Assembly (NCBI GenBank): GCA_963924565.1
Contig: OZ004615.1
Location: 5,022,001-5,086,000, forward strand
Origin: Ascidiella aspersa
Lineage: Eukaryota
DNA length: 64,000 nucleotides
Reading direction: 5' to 3'
Part shown: in pieces, positions 62,278 to 64,000 of the stretch
How positions within the stretch are numbered: position 1 is the first letter of the stretch
How the letters are laid out: every line of letters starts with the position of its first letter
Position numbers and translations under genes: made by a program
Notes under the pieces: model-generated
The model's input: the letters and a program-made list of their open reading frames with translations, nothing else
Databases searched by the model: none
What the model was told of the DNA's origin: nothing

Positions 62278-64000
62278 AATCAATTGACCACTTTTCGAAC
62301 TACATTGGTTAGAAAACACTTTAAAAAGTGGTCTGAGTTTCTGGTAATATATAAAGAGACGAACCAACCCTAAAGGTCTCAGAAGCATAAAACTTTGAAA
62401 TCTATTTATTGTAACCTTAGTTAAGCACGGCACGTCACATCATTCTACACGAGCAAGTAACAACTTTCACACAGAACACATAAGGCATATAATGTTCGGA
62501 AATGTATAGTGATATATTAAAACACAGTTCTTGCGTATATAAAGAGGTATAAATGCATAACTTTAAAGGATGGTGTTATGAGCGGCTATAACGTGACAAA
62601 TAGTTGCATGGAATTTCCACGACCAAACAATGATTCGACGAAAGGCTTGTTAAAGATGAAAGCACCGTGGTTGAAATAGATAAATATTACTAAAAATACC
62701 AAACTGAGATTAACAAACTTAATGCTTGTAGAAAAACTTAGAATCGGCCCTAATTACTTTAAGTGGTAATTTAAATTGGACATATGGACGAAAACGTCTC
62801 TACTATGTAGATACCGACAGTAGCTGAAGACCAATTTCAAAGTAATAGAAAATTAAAACTTGAAAAAAACGTTACGGCAATATAGGACATAGGTGTATGA
62901 TTAATATCGCACCGCATTTTTTCACAGTTATACTTGACTCAAAATCTTTACATCTTTTCAAAATACTTGTAGCAGTTTAGAAACGAAATGCTACCAACGC
63001 TACTCTTGCATAGGCGATATACAACGACTATATCGGTTATCGGCCGATCCGACATTATCGAAACCACAATTTTGCGCCCATGTGTAAAGCTTTAAGACAG
63101 TTTTTGATAGCAATTGCATCAACTTATTTTTTACTGTCATTGGCTACCACCTGGTTTCAAATTTCAAAGGGAACCATTGCGGTCTTTATCTGCTAACGTT
63201 AATTAAAGCAAAATAAATACGAATAATAACGTTATAGCGCATAGCGCCAGCCGCAGATTTTAGAATGTAGGGTGATTTATTGTGGCAAAATAATTACGGC
63301 AGGCGAAACAATATTACACGTTATAATTTTTTAATAAAATCCTGATGCACTTTAAATCGAAAAGGTGGAAATATCTATCTCGCTAGTGGCTCAATTTTTA
63401 TGCCCTTCGGGTCTATTTTCCGTAAACAACCCAAAGGTGGGTATAACGTTTTAACCTTCAGGGCGGATAAGGATGTTTCCACCCTATGTTAAACTACCCC
63501 AAGGGGGGGGGGGGGGATTGTAAGAATCCAGCCTGTGAAGACCTGATAGCTGCTTTCGTACCACCTGGAAAGCATTCGCGTATATCCCAGTATGACTATA
63601 GAATACTAATTATGTAATTAATATTCTATGCTATGACGGTATTCGCGTCGCAGGTCGAGAGCAACTTCTCTAAGAGGTTCAACCACCCCAACTGGTCGTC
63701 TTACTTTTCGAACAGCAACAACGGCAAGTCACCGCCAGAACGGCCCCCAAAAAGAGGAGCGAGTAGGCGAGGGTGATGACCCATCGAAGGGGGAAGCCAC
63801 TCCGGGTGTGGCGTGCGCACAGGGGTATCTCGTCGCCCCCGGGGGAATACCCGGGGCCAAACCACCAGCTGTCCAAGTGTTCGACCGTCTTGACTGGGGC
63901 GCCTCGCCGCAGTTCGTTGCAAAGGCCGCATACGCCAACCTTGTTCTTATTGTAAAGGCGACTGTTCAGCAGGCCTGTAGCATTTGCTTGGCGCGCTTTG
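62278..64000. repeat. Segmental tandem duplication of ~55362-57020 (3' flank/UTR and last exon of FUT-B)
   Basis: Colinear and highly similar over ~1.7 kb, including non-coding sequence (TCAATTGACC...CGAACTACATTGGTTAGAAAACAC...). Confidence 0.93.
63679..64000 (-). CDS. Alpha-1,3-fucosyltransferase (GT10), FUT-C, 3' end only; the rest lies beyond the window
   Basis: ...VGVCGLCNELRRGAPVKTVEHLDSWWFGPGYSPGGDEIPLCARHTRSGFPLRWVITLAYSLLFLGAVLAVTCRCCCSKSKTTSWGG*, near-identical to the FUT-B last exon. Confidence 0.82.
   Translation of the reverse strand, partial: KARQANATGLLNSRLYNKNKVGVCGLCNELRRGAPVKTVEHLDSWWFGPGYSPGGDEIPLCARHTRSGFPLRWVITLAYSLLFLGAVLAVTCRCCCSKSKTTSWGG

Overview
Intron-rich, AT-rich animal genomic DNA, probably invertebrate; the compact genes, CpG mosaicism and abundant TGACGTCA suggest an ascidian or other invertebrate deuterostome, but this is inference. 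Gene order: (1) the last four coding exons of ribosomal protein RPL15 (+); (2) a complete 6-exon ING1/2-type PHD-finger gene (+); (3) a 12-exon, ~29-kb, 700-aa gene (+), assembled by hand from mostly short exons, carrying KRAP/SSFA2/Tespa1 (ITPRID, IP3-receptor-binding) motifs; (4) a cluster of three GT10 alpha-1,3-fucosyltransferase genes (FUT-A +, FUT-B -, and the 3' end of FUT-C -). All three fucosyltransferases have an atypical C-terminal transmembrane helix followed by a candidate lipidation tail (CaaX or Cys cluster). The cluster also shows apparent gene conversion and tandem duplication. Non-coding DNA holds many non-autonomous TIR elements (mostly hAT-like with 8-bp TSDs, several nested), a Merlin-like MITE, a truncated LINE, tRNA-type SINE fragments, a 41-bp minisatellite and two fold-back elements with minimal hammerhead-ribozyme-like cores of the Penelope type. 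All gene models are manual splice reconstructions, not transcript-verified.
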